Shown piece by piece: positions 38,182 to 47,454 of a stretch of 64,000 nucleotides of DNA. Source of the stretch: an uncultured archaeon (GTDB lineage Archaea; Aenigmatarchaeota; Aenigmatarchaeia; PWEA01; JAGHBM01); contig CAZOZN010000001.1 in assembly GCA_964584335.1 (NCBI GenBank), positions 307,882 to 371,881 on the forward strand. Reading direction: 5' to 3'. Both the position numbers and the translations under genes were made by a program. Each line of letters opens with the position of its first letter. Within the stretch, counting starts at the first letter, position 1. The notes beneath the pieces were generated by a model that was not told where the DNA came from, ran no database searches, and worked only from the letters and a program-made list of their open reading frames with translations.

Positions 38182-38943
38182 TTATTTTCTTCTTCTCATG
38201 CTTATTAAGTGCCGAAGCCTCTTTCCTTTTTTATGCCTCTGAATAACAGTACTTGTTATTATTATATCGGCACCGACTTTTGCAAGCCTGTTTATATCCT
38301 TCATGCTTTTAACACCACCGTAAAAAGCTATCGGTAGTTTGGTACTTTCCTTCACAGTCTTTATTATCTTTTCGGTTACCTTTGACTTCACCATGCCGGT
38401 GTCTAAACATATAAGTTCTTTTCCAGAAAGTTCAGAATAAATAGAGTAAGCTTTTATTATCTCAAGCTTATCCCCAGGAAGAGGATTTGCATCTCCTATC
38501 CAGCTAGACGTACCACCTGGCTCGACAACCATGTAGCTGGTTGGTATAACCTCTATATCAGAATGATAAACAGAAGGAGCGCTCATTGCCTGAGAACCTG
38601 TCATCCAATAGGGGTTTCTGGAATTTATAAGACTAATGAAAAAAATTGCATCCGCATGGTTGCTTATCATGCCGGTGTTCCCGGGTAATATTATTACAGG
38701 CAAATCCGTGTTTTCCTTTATTTTCTTCACTACCTTATCAAAATACGCGTTATCCACATTCAGTATTCCACTAACAACTATCATATTAGCCATGGAATTG
38801 TTTATACTCTTAGTTATCTTAACTATCTCATCAATGCTGTATATTGTAGAATCTATAAAAGGAAAATAAAGCGGTCCGTTCCCGTTTTTTTCTTTTATTA
38901 AATCAAGTATACTTTTCTTATTATTCTTTTTTATATCGCTCAT
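38182..38943 (-). CDS. GGGP synthase (group II) family paralog B, degenerate motifs
   Basis: LPGN...ADAIFFISLINSRNPYW.TG.QA, YMVVEPGG..W.GD; catalytic motifs altered. Confidence 0.85.
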   Translation of the reverse strand: MSDIKKNNKKSILDLIKEKNGNGPLYFPFIDSTIYSIDEIVKITKSINNSMANMIVVSGILNVDNAYFDKVVKKIKENTDLPVIILPGNTGMISNHADAIFFISLINSRNPYWMTGSQAMSAPSVYHSDIEVIPTSYMVVEPGGTSSWIGDANPLPGDKLEIIKAYSIYSELSGKELICLDTGMVKSKVTEKIIKTVKESTKLPIAFYGGVKSMKDINRLAKVGADIIITSTVIQRHKKGKRLRHLISMRRRK

Positions 38944-39728
38944 TTCTTGGCACCTTTTCTTATTTTTTCCTTTCCAATTTTCTTTACGTAATCTATAACT
39001 TCTTCGGCTTTCTTTCTTGGATTTTTGGCTTTATCTATCATTGAGTTTATATGTACACCATCAGCTCCGCCCATAATAGTATTTCTTAAATCCTCGAAAT
39101 TCTTGTTTGAACCTGCGCATATTACAGGATGACCAACAGATTTTTTAACGGCATAAAACATCTCTGGGGATGCGGGTCCGGGAGCTCCGCTACCTCTTTC
39201 CAATATAGTCATTCTATGACCCAAGTACCTACCGGCTAAAGCATAAGCTGCAGCAAGTTCGGGTTTGTGATAAAGTATGGGTCTGGCCGAACCTATCCAA
39301 CCAACAGTCTCGCCGGGGTCGACTATTATCAGAGAAGTTGGTATTGCTTCCGTTTTTTGCTTCCTTATCACAGGAGCCGCAAGCGCCTGTGCACCGGTTA
39401 TCCAGTATGGGTTCTTTGAATTAAGTAAACTCATGTAATAAATAGCATCGGCTTCGCTTGTCAGACCGCTCAAGTTGCCCGGAAACATCATAAAAGGTAT
39501 CTTTATGTCTTTTTTCATTTCCTTTATTCTCTCACTGAGTTTGACAGTTTCCATATAACCTATAGAACCGCCTATAAGTATAAGGTCTGCACCAGCCTCA
39601 TAAAAATATTTTGCCTGCTTCCAGCTCTTTTCACTGTCTTCTATGTCAGGGTCGATTAGGCCAAAGAAAACGACACCATCGTCCTCTATTACTTTGTGGA
39701 TATATTTTTCTACCTTACCAAACTTCAA
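38940..39728 (-). CDS. GGGP synthase (group II) family paralog A
   Basis: LIDPD, GGS, FPGN, MSLLNS.NPYWI.GAQAL, VGWIG, LERGSGAP; TTG start. Confidence 0.88.
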   Translation of the reverse strand: MKFGKVEKYIHKVIEDDGVVFFGLIDPDIEDSEKSWKQAKYFYEAGADLILIGGSIGYMETVKLSERIKEMKKDIKIPFMMFPGNLSGLTSEADAIYYMSLLNSKNPYWITGAQALAAPVIRKQKTEAIPTSLIIVDPGETVGWIGSARPILYHKPELAAAYALAGRYLGHRMTILERGSGAPGPASPEMFYAVKKSVGHPVICAGSNKNFEDLRNTIMGGADGVHINSMIDKAKNPRKKAEEVIDYVKKIGKEKIRKGAKK

Positions 39729-39732
39729 AATA

Positions 39733-40683
39733 TCACCGTCTTAGAGTTCCTTCATCCCTAAAGTATTTAATTGTTTCTTCTATGCCTTCTTTAAAATTAT
39801 ACTTTGGTTTGTAACTCAATTCTCTCTTGGCCTTTGTTATCTTGTACCATTTATTCTTTATAAGCCTATCTATATGGCTCCTGCTGACTATAGACTTGTT
39901 TCCGGTTGTTTTATATAAAAAAGCTATAAACTTGGCAAACCAGACAGGGATGTGTATCGGTTCTTTGTTTATTTCCAACTCTTCGCGTATTATCTTGTAC
40001 ATATCCTCATATGTCAAAGCTTCGTCATCAGCAACCAAATATATGCGACCATTTTTACCTTTTGTCCTGGCTTTTATAAGCAAAGGTATTAAGTTTCTTA
40101 TATAAAGCATGTGCCACTTGTTTTCCCCAGTGCCTATTACAGGAAAATTCTTAAGGGCCTCGTTTAATATTATGTTCCAGTATGTGTTGGGGCCATAGAG
40201 AAGAGCAGGTCTTAAAATAATAACAGGAATTTTGTGCCTCTTATAATACTCTATAACTGTTTTTTCTGCAAGAGTCTTGCTTTTCTCATAGTTTGTTATA
40301 GGGCCATAAAGACTTTTTTCATCCTGAATATTATTACTGTCTCTAATTACTCCGGCGGTACTAAGGTATACAAGCCTCTTAACTTTTTCCTTTCTGCAGG
40401 CTTCCAGTATGCTTACTGTGCCCCCAACGTTAACGTCAAATATTTGTTCTTTGGGCTTTTTTTCATCTATTATTGCAGCAAGATGGTAGACATAATCTTG
40501 ACCTTTAACAGCATTGGCAACAGCTTTTGTGTTTGTTATATTTCCATTTATATATTTTACATTTGGGTTATTTCCAATACTCCTATCAAAAACAGTTACT
40601 TTAATTCTCTTTCTTTTTGATAACTCTTTGACAAGGTTTCTTCCTACAAAACCATTACCACCAGTAACAAGAACATTCACCAT
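39733..40683 (-). CDS. NAD-dependent epimerase/dehydratase
   Basis: TGGNGFVG, HLAA, NV.GT, YEKSK, RP..YGP. Confidence 0.92.
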   Translation of the reverse strand: MVNVLVTGGNGFVGRNLVKELSKRKRIKVTVFDRSIGNNPNVKYINGNITNTKAVANAVKGQDYVYHLAAIIDEKKPKEQIFDVNVGGTVSILEACRKEKVKRLVYLSTAGVIRDSNNIQDEKSLYGPITNYEKSKTLAEKTVIEYYKRHKIPVIILRPALLYGPNTYWNIILNEALKNFPVIGTGENKWHMLYIRNLIPLLIKARTKGKNGRIYLVADDEALTYEDMYKIIREELEINKEPIHIPVWFAKFIAFLYKTTGNKSIVSRSHIDRLIKNKWYKITKAKRELSYKPKYNFKEGIEETIKYFRDEGTLRR

Positions 40684-40692
40684 TAAAACACC

Positions 40693-41562
40693 TCAAAGCA
40701 CTAACATAAGCAAATTTCCAAATAATATTGTGACTACTATAGTTATAAAGAATACAGGTGCAAATCTAACGCCTTCTCTTACCCATATTTTGTCTTTTAT
40801 TTTCCTTATTTTATCTACTTCTTCCTTGGTAAGGCCCCTTATTATTCTTTTATTCAAATCAAGTTCCTTGACATCCTCGCCTATCATATCGCCCTCCCTG
40901 AGCTTCTCTGTTTTTATTTTTTTATAAAAGCCGACTTTTTCAACAGTCTTGAGAAATTTCCAAAGAAAGTAAAGTCCCATGCAACCAAAGAATGCACCTA
41001 TACTAGGCCACAAAAAAACAATACCAAAATTACTCCAAAATATAAAAACATTAAGGCCGAGTATAATCAATATAGCAGAAACAAAAACCAAAAACTCAAT
41101 TTTACCTGCTTTTAAAGACTTTAAAAAATATTTTTTTATCTTTTTATTCCTGACAGAAATCAAAAGGGCATATACTATTATATAGGCAGCGCCGACGAGA
41201 AAAACATTAAAGAAAATATTAAGAAAAAAGGGGAATATTGAATAAGAAACAATGCCCTCGGGTAAGGTACCTATAAGAATTCCTACCGCACCAAGAACCT
41301 TGGCATCGCCGCCACCCCACTGACCTGTAAAATACATAATTATACCGAAGAGGAAAAATCCCGCACCTATTAATGCCGGAAAAAATAAAAATCTCCAGTC
41401 ACCGGTAAAAAGAGAAAAACCAAATCTTATCAGAAGCCCTATAATTACCATTGCCAGAGGTATTTCATCCGGTATTTCAGTGGTTTTAAGGTCTATATAA
41501 CCTGAAATTGCTGTGCCTACAAGGCTTATAAAAACCAATAAATAAGAAATAAAAAACTGCAT
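40693..41562 (-). CDS. Prepilin/prearchaellin peptidase (A24)
   Basis: DLKTTEIPD, WGGGDAK, EGD, GVRFAP. Confidence 0.88.
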   Translation of the reverse strand: MQFFISYLLVFISLVGTAISGYIDLKTTEIPDEIPLAMVIIGLLIRFGFSLFTGDWRFLFFPALIGAGFFLFGIIMYFTGQWGGGDAKVLGAVGILIGTLPEGIVSYSIFPFFLNIFFNVFLVGAAYIIVYALLISVRNKKIKKYFLKSLKAGKIEFLVFVSAILIILGLNVFIFWSNFGIVFLWPSIGAFFGCMGLYFLWKFLKTVEKVGFYKKIKTEKLREGDMIGEDVKELDLNKRIIRGLTKEEVDKIRKIKDKIWVREGVRFAPVFFITIVVTILFGNLLMLVL

Positions 41563-41641
41563 AAAAGTAATATTTGAATAAAGTATTTAAATAAATACTG
41601 AATTATTTTATTTAAGGATATACTCAACTATTAGTGTTTAT

Positions 41642-42376
41642 ATGAAGGAAACAGACTTATTTGAGGATGAGAACGTGCCCCAGAGCATTGGAATAATAAT
41701 GGATGGTAACAGGAGATTTGCCAAGGAAATAATGAAAAGGCCCTGGGAAGGACATAAATTTGGAGTAAAAAAAGCGAGAGAAGTGCTGCTCTGGTCCGAT
41801 GAATTTAACATAAAATATCTTACTTGTTACGCGCTTTCAATAGAAAACATAAATTCAAGACCTAAGAAAGAACTTGAAAAGATTTTTGATTACTTTGAAA
41901 AGGAAATGGATGTAATATTGTCAGGCAATCACATAGTTCATGATACAGAGACAAAAGTAAATTTTATAGGAAGGCTTAATCTTATACCGGAAAAATTACT
42001 TAAAAAAATAGAAAGAGTCGAAGAAAAGACAGAAAATTACAATAAACATTTCATGAACATCGCAATCGCATACGGCGGGCAACAGGAAATTGTAGACGCT
42101 GTAAAAAAGATATCAAGCAAAATTTCAAATGGAGAAATAAACAAAAGTGAAATAGATGAATCTTTAATAAAGAAAAATTTATACACTAATGATTTTAGAT
42201 ACCCGGATTTGATAATAAGAACCGGTGGGGAAAGAAGACTTTCAAATTTCTTACTTTGGCAGTCTGCTTATGCTGAATTATCCTTCACTGACAGAAAATG
42301 GCCCGAACTATCAAGAGAAGATTTTGTTGAAATAATAAAAGACTATCAGATAAGGGAAAGAAGATTTGGAAAATAA
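41642..42376 (+). CDS. uppS: cis-Prenyltransferase (undecaprenyl-diphosphate synthase)
   Basis: IMDGNRR, GH..G, S.EN..R, YGGQQE, IRTGGERRLSNFLLWQ, RRFG. Confidence 0.96.
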   Translation: MKETDLFEDENVPQSIGIIMDGNRRFAKEIMKRPWEGHKFGVKKAREVLLWSDEFNIKYLTCYALSIENINSRPKKELEKIFDYFEKEMDVILSGNHIVHDTETKVNFIGRLNLIPEKLLKKIERVEEKTENYNKHFMNIAIAYGGQQEIVDAVKKISSKISNGEINKSEIDESLIKKNLYTNDFRYPDLIIRTGGERRLSNFLLWQSAYAELSFTDRKWPELSREDFVEIIKDYQIRERRFGK

Positions 42377-42389
42377 AAATAATTTTTAA

Positions 42390-42950
42390 TTAGTCTCTTC
42401 TTTTATGGAGAACAAAAAGCCTGTGTCTGGGATCATCGCCTCTCAACTCAAGCATTATTCTTTTTATTATCATTTTCTGGGGATCAGGAAGAAGTGAAAC
42501 TCTTTTATCCAAGTCATTGTAACTTTCGAAAGGCTTTACTTTCCTTTCATCCAAAAGCTCCCACATGTGTTTTTTTCCTACGCCTGGCAATAACTCAAGA
42601 GAGTGCATTCTGGTACTTATAGAGCCGGCTTTATTAAAGAACTCTACAAACCTATCTTCTTCTTCTCTAACTAAATCCTCTATAATGCCCTCTAACTCAG
42701 AACGAGAAAAAGCAGTTAATTCTTTTATTGAAATGGACTTTTTTATGTATTTTATTTTTTCTCTTGTACCTTCTCCAACATAAACCCTGTCTCCGAGACT
42801 AAGCTTTACATCTTCCCTGGGGACGACTTCTAAAAGAGAAAAATACTTCTCTCCTATTACCTGTGCAATTGGTTCCGAACCTCCACGGCCCGGTATGCCA
42901 TTTGGCAAAAAATCCAAAACTATTACCCAATCGTCCTTCATTAATTTCAC
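42390..42950 (-). CDS. DUF655 RNA-binding protein
   Basis: VLDFLP.G, F.LLE, FFN.A..I.TRMHSLELLPG.GKK; follows rpoF. Confidence 0.92.
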   Translation of the reverse strand: MKLMKDDWVIVLDFLPNGIPGRGGSEPIAQVIGEKYFSLLEVVPREDVKLSLGDRVYVGEGTREKIKYIKKSISIKELTAFSRSELEGIIEDLVREEEDRFVEFFNKAGSISTRMHSLELLPGVGKKHMWELLDERKVKPFESYNDLDKRVSLLPDPQKMIIKRIMLELRGDDPRHRLFVLHKRRD

Positions 42951-42958
42951 CGTCCCAT

Positions 42959-43285
42959 TTATTTATCATACTTTTTCACTGTTTCTAATATTTTTTTCAT
43001 TTTCTCGTCGCTAAGGTTTGTCATTTCTTTTGAAAATATAAGTTCAACGTCTTCCTTGGTCTTAGGTATATTGTTTACTATGAGAGTAGCCTGTCTTTCA
43101 TCTATTCTTCCAATATCTCGGAGCTCTTTCATGAGCTTCCTTGAGTCCTCTAAAGAAGTTTTGCAGTATTTTTTTAAGAAATCTAAGCAAATTTTCTGCT
43201 CGTAACTAAGTTTATCTACGTTTTTCTTCTCAAGACTGGATCTTGCTTCTGCTGAAGTAACAAAACATTCTGAAAGCTTCTTCAT
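42959..43285 (-). CDS. rpoF: RNA polymerase subunit F (Rpo4)
   Basis: LSYEQ..LD, IVN..P....V..IF.KE; lies between rpl21e and DUF655. Confidence 0.85.
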   Translation of the reverse strand: MKKLSECFVTSAEARSSLEKKNVDKLSYEQKICLDFLKKYCKTSLEDSRKLMKELRDIGRIDERQATLIVNNIPKTKEDVELIFSKEMTNLSDEKMKKILETVKKYDK

Positions 43286-43313
43286 ATTAACTACCCTAAG
43301 AAATATAATGGAA

Positions 43314-43601
43314 CTACTTATTTATATGTCTTAAGTGCTCCGATTTAGTTATTATAGTCTTTCTTATACTGCCATCCTTAAGTTCTACCAAATAGGATTT
43401 TCCTCTTATTCCTTTTACAACACCGCATCTTCCTTTAAACCTTGGATGAGGTAGAGCCCTATGAGAAGAGGGATTTATCTTTATCAAAACCTTGTCACCT
43501 TCTGAGAACTTCTCAAGAAACTCGTTTACAGTATTCTTTTCCTTAAAAGGCCTCTTCATCTTATTTCTCGTGCTTCTCCTAAATCCTTTTCCTCTTTTCA
43601 T
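43314..43601 (-). CDS. rpl21e: Ribosomal protein L21e
   Basis: GFRRSTR, F.EGDKV.I...PS...PHPRF.GR.G.V. Confidence 0.94.
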   Translation of the reverse strand: MKRGKGFRRSTRNKMKRPFKEKNTVNEFLEKFSEGDKVLIKINPSSHRALPHPRFKGRCGVVKGIRGKSYLVELKDGSIRKTIITKSEHLRHINK

Positions 43602-43691
43602 AACAATCACTCTGATTATTGGTCTTATAATATTTAAATACTTTCCGATTGTATTAAGATTAAAATAAAAAGAGATTTATTTGATTTGAAT

Positions 43692-44519
43692 TTAATCTTC
43701 TTTTATAATATGGACATCTGTCTGGGGATAAGGAATATTTATTCCCGCCTCATCAAAAGCCTCCTTAATTTTCTTTAAAAGTTCGCGTTTAACGGGCCAG
43801 TAATCAGTAGTTTTTACCCAAGGCCTGACAATAATATTTACACTGGAATCCCCTAATTCGTTGGTAGCTACAAGCGGTTCAGGCTCCTTTAGAACCTTGT
43901 CATTTTTACTTATAACCTCCGAGGCAATTTTTATTGCCTTACCTATGTCATCTTCATAACCAATACCGACCGAGAAATCTATCATACGGGTATCCATGGC
44001 AGTATAATTGACTATAGCATCTCCCCAAACTTTAGAATTGGGAATTATTACCTTCTTGTTATCTACTGTTAACATTACAGTGTTGCTTATACCAACATTT
44101 TGTATTTTTCCTGAATTGCCTGCTGTATCTACATAATCTCCCGCCTCGAAGGGCTTTGTCAAAGCTATCATGAATCCTGCTGCTAAGTTACCCAGCATAT
44201 CCTGGAATGCAAAACCAAAAACAAAACCAAACACAACAGAAATACTAACCAAGCCTGCGCCTACATCAACTCCAAGAATGCTTACGGAAATAAGCAAAAC
44301 AACAATCAACAACAATATTTTTGAAACTCTACTAACGAATTCTACAAGCAGTTGTGTCATTTTAGCTTTATTCATCGCGCGCCTTATGTAGCGAACGACT
44401 ATGACTACAAAAATGTAACCTACAACCAAAACAAGTACCGCAAAAAACAAGTTCCCGAAAGTTATATTTAAAACAGGTATTTCTTCTGATAAAAATGAAA
44501 CAATATCATCCAAATTCAT
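43692..44519 (-). CDS. mscS: Small-conductance mechanosensitive channel
   Basis: GFAFQD.L.N.AAG..KPF..GD, IIPNS, I.NY, GI.IPYPQ; ATG at 44519 after SD gtgggg. Confidence 0.93.
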   Translation of the reverse strand: MNLDDIVSFLSEEIPVLNITFGNLFFAVLVLVVGYIFVVIVVRYIRRAMNKAKMTQLLVEFVSRVSKILLLIVVLLISVSILGVDVGAGLVSISVVFGFVFGFAFQDMLGNLAAGFMIALTKPFEAGDYVDTAGNSGKIQNVGISNTVMLTVDNKKVIIPNSKVWGDAIVNYTAMDTRMIDFSVGIGYEDDIGKAIKIASEVISKNDKVLKEPEPLVATNELGDSSVNIIVRPWVKTTDYWPVKRELLKKIKEAFDEAGINIPYPQTDVHIIKED

Positions 44520-44650
44520 TATCCCCCACCAAGACTCTTTATAGTTAATCTTTAATCTATAAAAACCTTTTAAAAAGGAATTTTCCTTAAAAATACTATA
44601 AATCAGTTTATTATTTAAATTAGGCAAAACAAATCTAAAAAGTGTAGAAT

Positions 44651-45562
44651 ATGATAATAAAGACAGTTCTTGTGGTTGATGATAGTCAGGAGGTAAGAGA
44701 AACTATAAAACACGCCCTGAACAGGAACGGATTCAACACAATAACAGCCAAAAGCGGGGAAGAATGCCTCAGCAAGCTAAAAGAAATAAAACCTGACCTA
44801 ATTTTAATCGATATTAAAATAAAAGACATCCCAATAAATGAAATAATTTCAAATTTAGACAACATAAAAACAACCATACTTATCCCTAAAGAAACGGGAG
44901 AAGAAGAAAAAAAAGAGCTTGAGAAAAACGAAGATGTAATAGGATTTATAGAAAAACCATTCGACATAAACAAGCTAATAGAAGAAGTAGAGAAAACAAT
45001 GGAAAAAAAGGTGGCTCATGACATAATAGACGAGACGAAAATAAACCAAAAAGTACTTCTCTTTATACCAAATACGAACAAGATATCAAACATAAGCCTT
45101 GATATACTAAAACTGCTTACAATGTGGAAAAAACAAAAAATAATTTACATAACACTTCAAAAAAGCAGAGAAAGATTGATGGAAGTTTTTAATAGAGAAA
45201 ATATAACAACGGAGAATATTTACTTTGTAGACTGTATAACAGGTTTTTTTAGGACACCGGAAGAAACTCAAAATACGAAATTTGTTTCTGCTCCGTATGA
45301 ACTAGACAAAATAAGCGAATCAATAAAATATTTTATGGACAAAAACACTTTCATAATATTTGATTCATTGTCAACATTACTTGACTACGGATACTACGTT
45401 CCTGCTGGAATGGATAAAATATCAAAATTTATAAACAAGTTTTCTGAAAAGTTAAAAAAGACAGAAAGCAAGATACTTTTCCTTTCGAAGGAAGAAGACA
45501 AAAAAATGCTTTTGATAGAAGAATCAATACCAATATATGATAAAATACTTTATTGGAGGTAA
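44651..45562 (+). CDS. Response regulator receiver fused to a KaiC/RecA-like (inactive ATPase) domain
   Basis: VVDD..PDLILID..KPF; C-terminal YITL, FVDC, IIFDSLSTL with no Walker A. Confidence 0.8.
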   Translation: MIIKTVLVVDDSQEVRETIKHALNRNGFNTITAKSGEECLSKLKEIKPDLILIDIKIKDIPINEIISNLDNIKTTILIPKETGEEEKKELEKNEDVIGFIEKPFDINKLIEEVEKTMEKKVAHDIIDETKINQKVLLFIPNTNKISNISLDILKLLTMWKKQKIIYITLQKSRERLMEVFNRENITTENIYFVDCITGFFRTPEETQNTKFVSAPYELDKISESIKYFMDKNTFIIFDSLSTLLDYGYYVPAGMDKISKFINKFSEKLKKTESKILFLSKEEDKKMLLIEESIPIYDKILYWR

Positions 45563-45566
45563 AAAA

Positions 45567-45923
45567 ATGGACAAGACTATAATGATTGTGGATGACGAGC
45601 CTGATATAAGAAAGACTACAAGCACTGTTCTAGAAAAAAATGGATATAAAGTCGTTACAGCCAAAAACGGAGACGAGTGCCTTAAAAAACTAGAGAAAAT
45701 AAGGCCTGACCTAATTTTAATGGATATAATGATGCCGGGAACTCCGGTAAAGGAAGTAGTTTCAAAAATAGAAGACATAAAAATAGCTTTTCTGAGTGTT
45801 GTAAGAACATCCGAAGCCGAAAAAGAGAATCTCAAAAAAACAAAAAACATAGTTGATTTTATTCAGAAACCTTTTGATATAAACGAGCTTGTAAAGAAAG
45901 TAGAAGAATTAACCAATGAATAA
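45567..45923 (+). CDS. Single-domain response regulator
   Basis: IVDDE, PDLILMDIMMP, FLS, QKPF; SD ggaggt. Confidence 0.93.
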   Translation: MDKTIMIVDDEPDIRKTTSTVLEKNGYKVVTAKNGDECLKKLEKIRPDLILMDIMMPGTPVKEVVSKIEDIKIAFLSVVRTSEAEKENLKKTKNIVDFIQKPFDINELVKKVEELTNE

Positions 45924-47094
45924 AGTAAAGAAGAGGAAAATCATGGTTAACGAAAAAAGAATATTAAAAGAGAAAAGATTTTTCTTATCCCAGTTCTCTT
46001 CAAGAATAGTAACCGCTTTCTTGGTCATAATAGTTTTGCTGACATTCTTTATGGGCTATATGTCTTACTTATACCTGAAGAACTTTCTTACAGAAACCAT
46101 GTTAAACGGTTTCATAGCTCTTCAATTCGTGCTCCTTTTGTTTGTACTATTCAGCGTTACAATTTACGGCTTTTTCACTGTAAGAATAATGTCCAAGCCA
46201 ATAAAACAGCTTTACTGGGCAAGCAAGAGGCTAAGAAAAGGGGACTTTAAAGCAAGAACTAAAATAAAAACAAATGACGAACTCGAAGAAGTCGGAGAGA
46301 CATTGAACAAAGCAATAAAGGCTTTGGGTAAAATGAATGAAGAACACAAGAAACTCGAAAAGGCAAAAACAGAACTTCTTTCTATAAGCTCTCATGAGTT
46401 AAGAAGTCCCATGACTCCCATAAAAGCGCAGCTACAGATGATACTTGGCGGTTACTTTGGAAAATTGAACAAGAAACAAAAAGAATCTCTGAACATCGTA
46501 TTGAGGAATACAAAAAGGCTTGACTGTATAATAAAAGACTTCCTAGAAGTTTCCAGGATAGACGCTGCAAGATTAAAATTTAATTTCGTCAAAACAGACC
46601 TAAAAAAACATATAAAAAACGCAGTGAAGGAGGCAAAATGTTTCCAGCCAAAAAAGAAAATAAAAATAGTTACAAAAATAAGCAAGCTTCCAGAGGTAAA
46701 GATTGACCCAAACAGGATATCTCAAATATTGAGAAATCTGATAATAAACTCGGTAAAATTTTCACCCGAAAAAACCAAAATAACAATAGGCGCTAAAAAA
46801 GAAAAAAACATGATTAAGATATGGGTAAAGGACCAGGGTATAGGAATATCAAAAAAAGACCAAAAAAGAATATTCGAGCCATTCTTCCAGGCAGAAAATA
46901 CAATATACAGAAAATACAGCGGTGTCGGACTTGGGCTGTCGATATGCAAGGGTATAGTAGAATCACAGGGTGGAAAAATATGGGTGGAAAGTGAGCTGGG
47001 AAAGGGAAGTACTTTCTATTTTACAGTACCAATAAATCCCCCAAAGAAAACAAAACCGGTAAATTTTTCTGTGTCAAAAAAATCGGCTTTTTAA
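45916..47094 (+). CDS. HAMP-domain sensor histidine kinase
   Basis: 2 TM, HAMP, SHELRSP (H box), NLIINSVKF, DQGIG, GVGLGL, GKGSTF. Confidence 0.95.
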   Translation: MNKVKKRKIMVNEKRILKEKRFFLSQFSSRIVTAFLVIIVLLTFFMGYMSYLYLKNFLTETMLNGFIALQFVLLLFVLFSVTIYGFFTVRIMSKPIKQLYWASKRLRKGDFKARTKIKTNDELEEVGETLNKAIKALGKMNEEHKKLEKAKTELLSISSHELRSPMTPIKAQLQMILGGYFGKLNKKQKESLNIVLRNTKRLDCIIKDFLEVSRIDAARLKFNFVKTDLKKHIKNAVKEAKCFQPKKKIKIVTKISKLPEVKIDPNRISQILRNLIINSVKFSPEKTKITIGAKKEKNMIKIWVKDQGIGISKKDQKRIFEPFFQAENTIYRKYSGVGLGLSICKGIVESQGGKIWVESELGKGSTFYFTVPINPPKKTKPVNFSVSKKSAF

Positions 47095-47095
47095 A

Positions 47096-47419
47096 CTACC
47101 TTAATTTCTTCTCTTCTTCGCTAAATCCTGAGATTTTAACCAAGTAATCAGAAAGAGGGTTTCCCATCTCGACCAAATAAGAGTCTCCGTTTATAAACTT
47201 GAGAGAATATAATCCCCCCTCTAAACTTTCAACTTCAACGTTTATTTTATCGTAGCATTCTGAAAAAACATACTCTTCCGGGTCTATAGAAATATTCTCG
47301 TTTATTTTCCCACCGTTTGATATCTGGAAGGGTTTTGAATCAAATATACATTCATGCATAAAATACTTTCTATTCCTCTCCATTTTCTTTATTTTGGTTT
47401 TCCACATACTACCCCACAA
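47096..47419 (-). CDS. Hypothetical protein
   Basis: ORF filling the gap; start uncertain. Confidence 0.5.
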   Translation of the reverse strand: MWGSMWKTKIKKMERNRKYFMHECIFDSKPFQISNGGKINENISIDPEEYVFSECYDKINVEVESLEGGLYSLKFINGDSYLVEMGNPLSDYLVKISGFSEEEKKLR

Positions 47420-47454
47420 AATAAATAAAAATAGTAAAAGTATTTAAGATTTAT

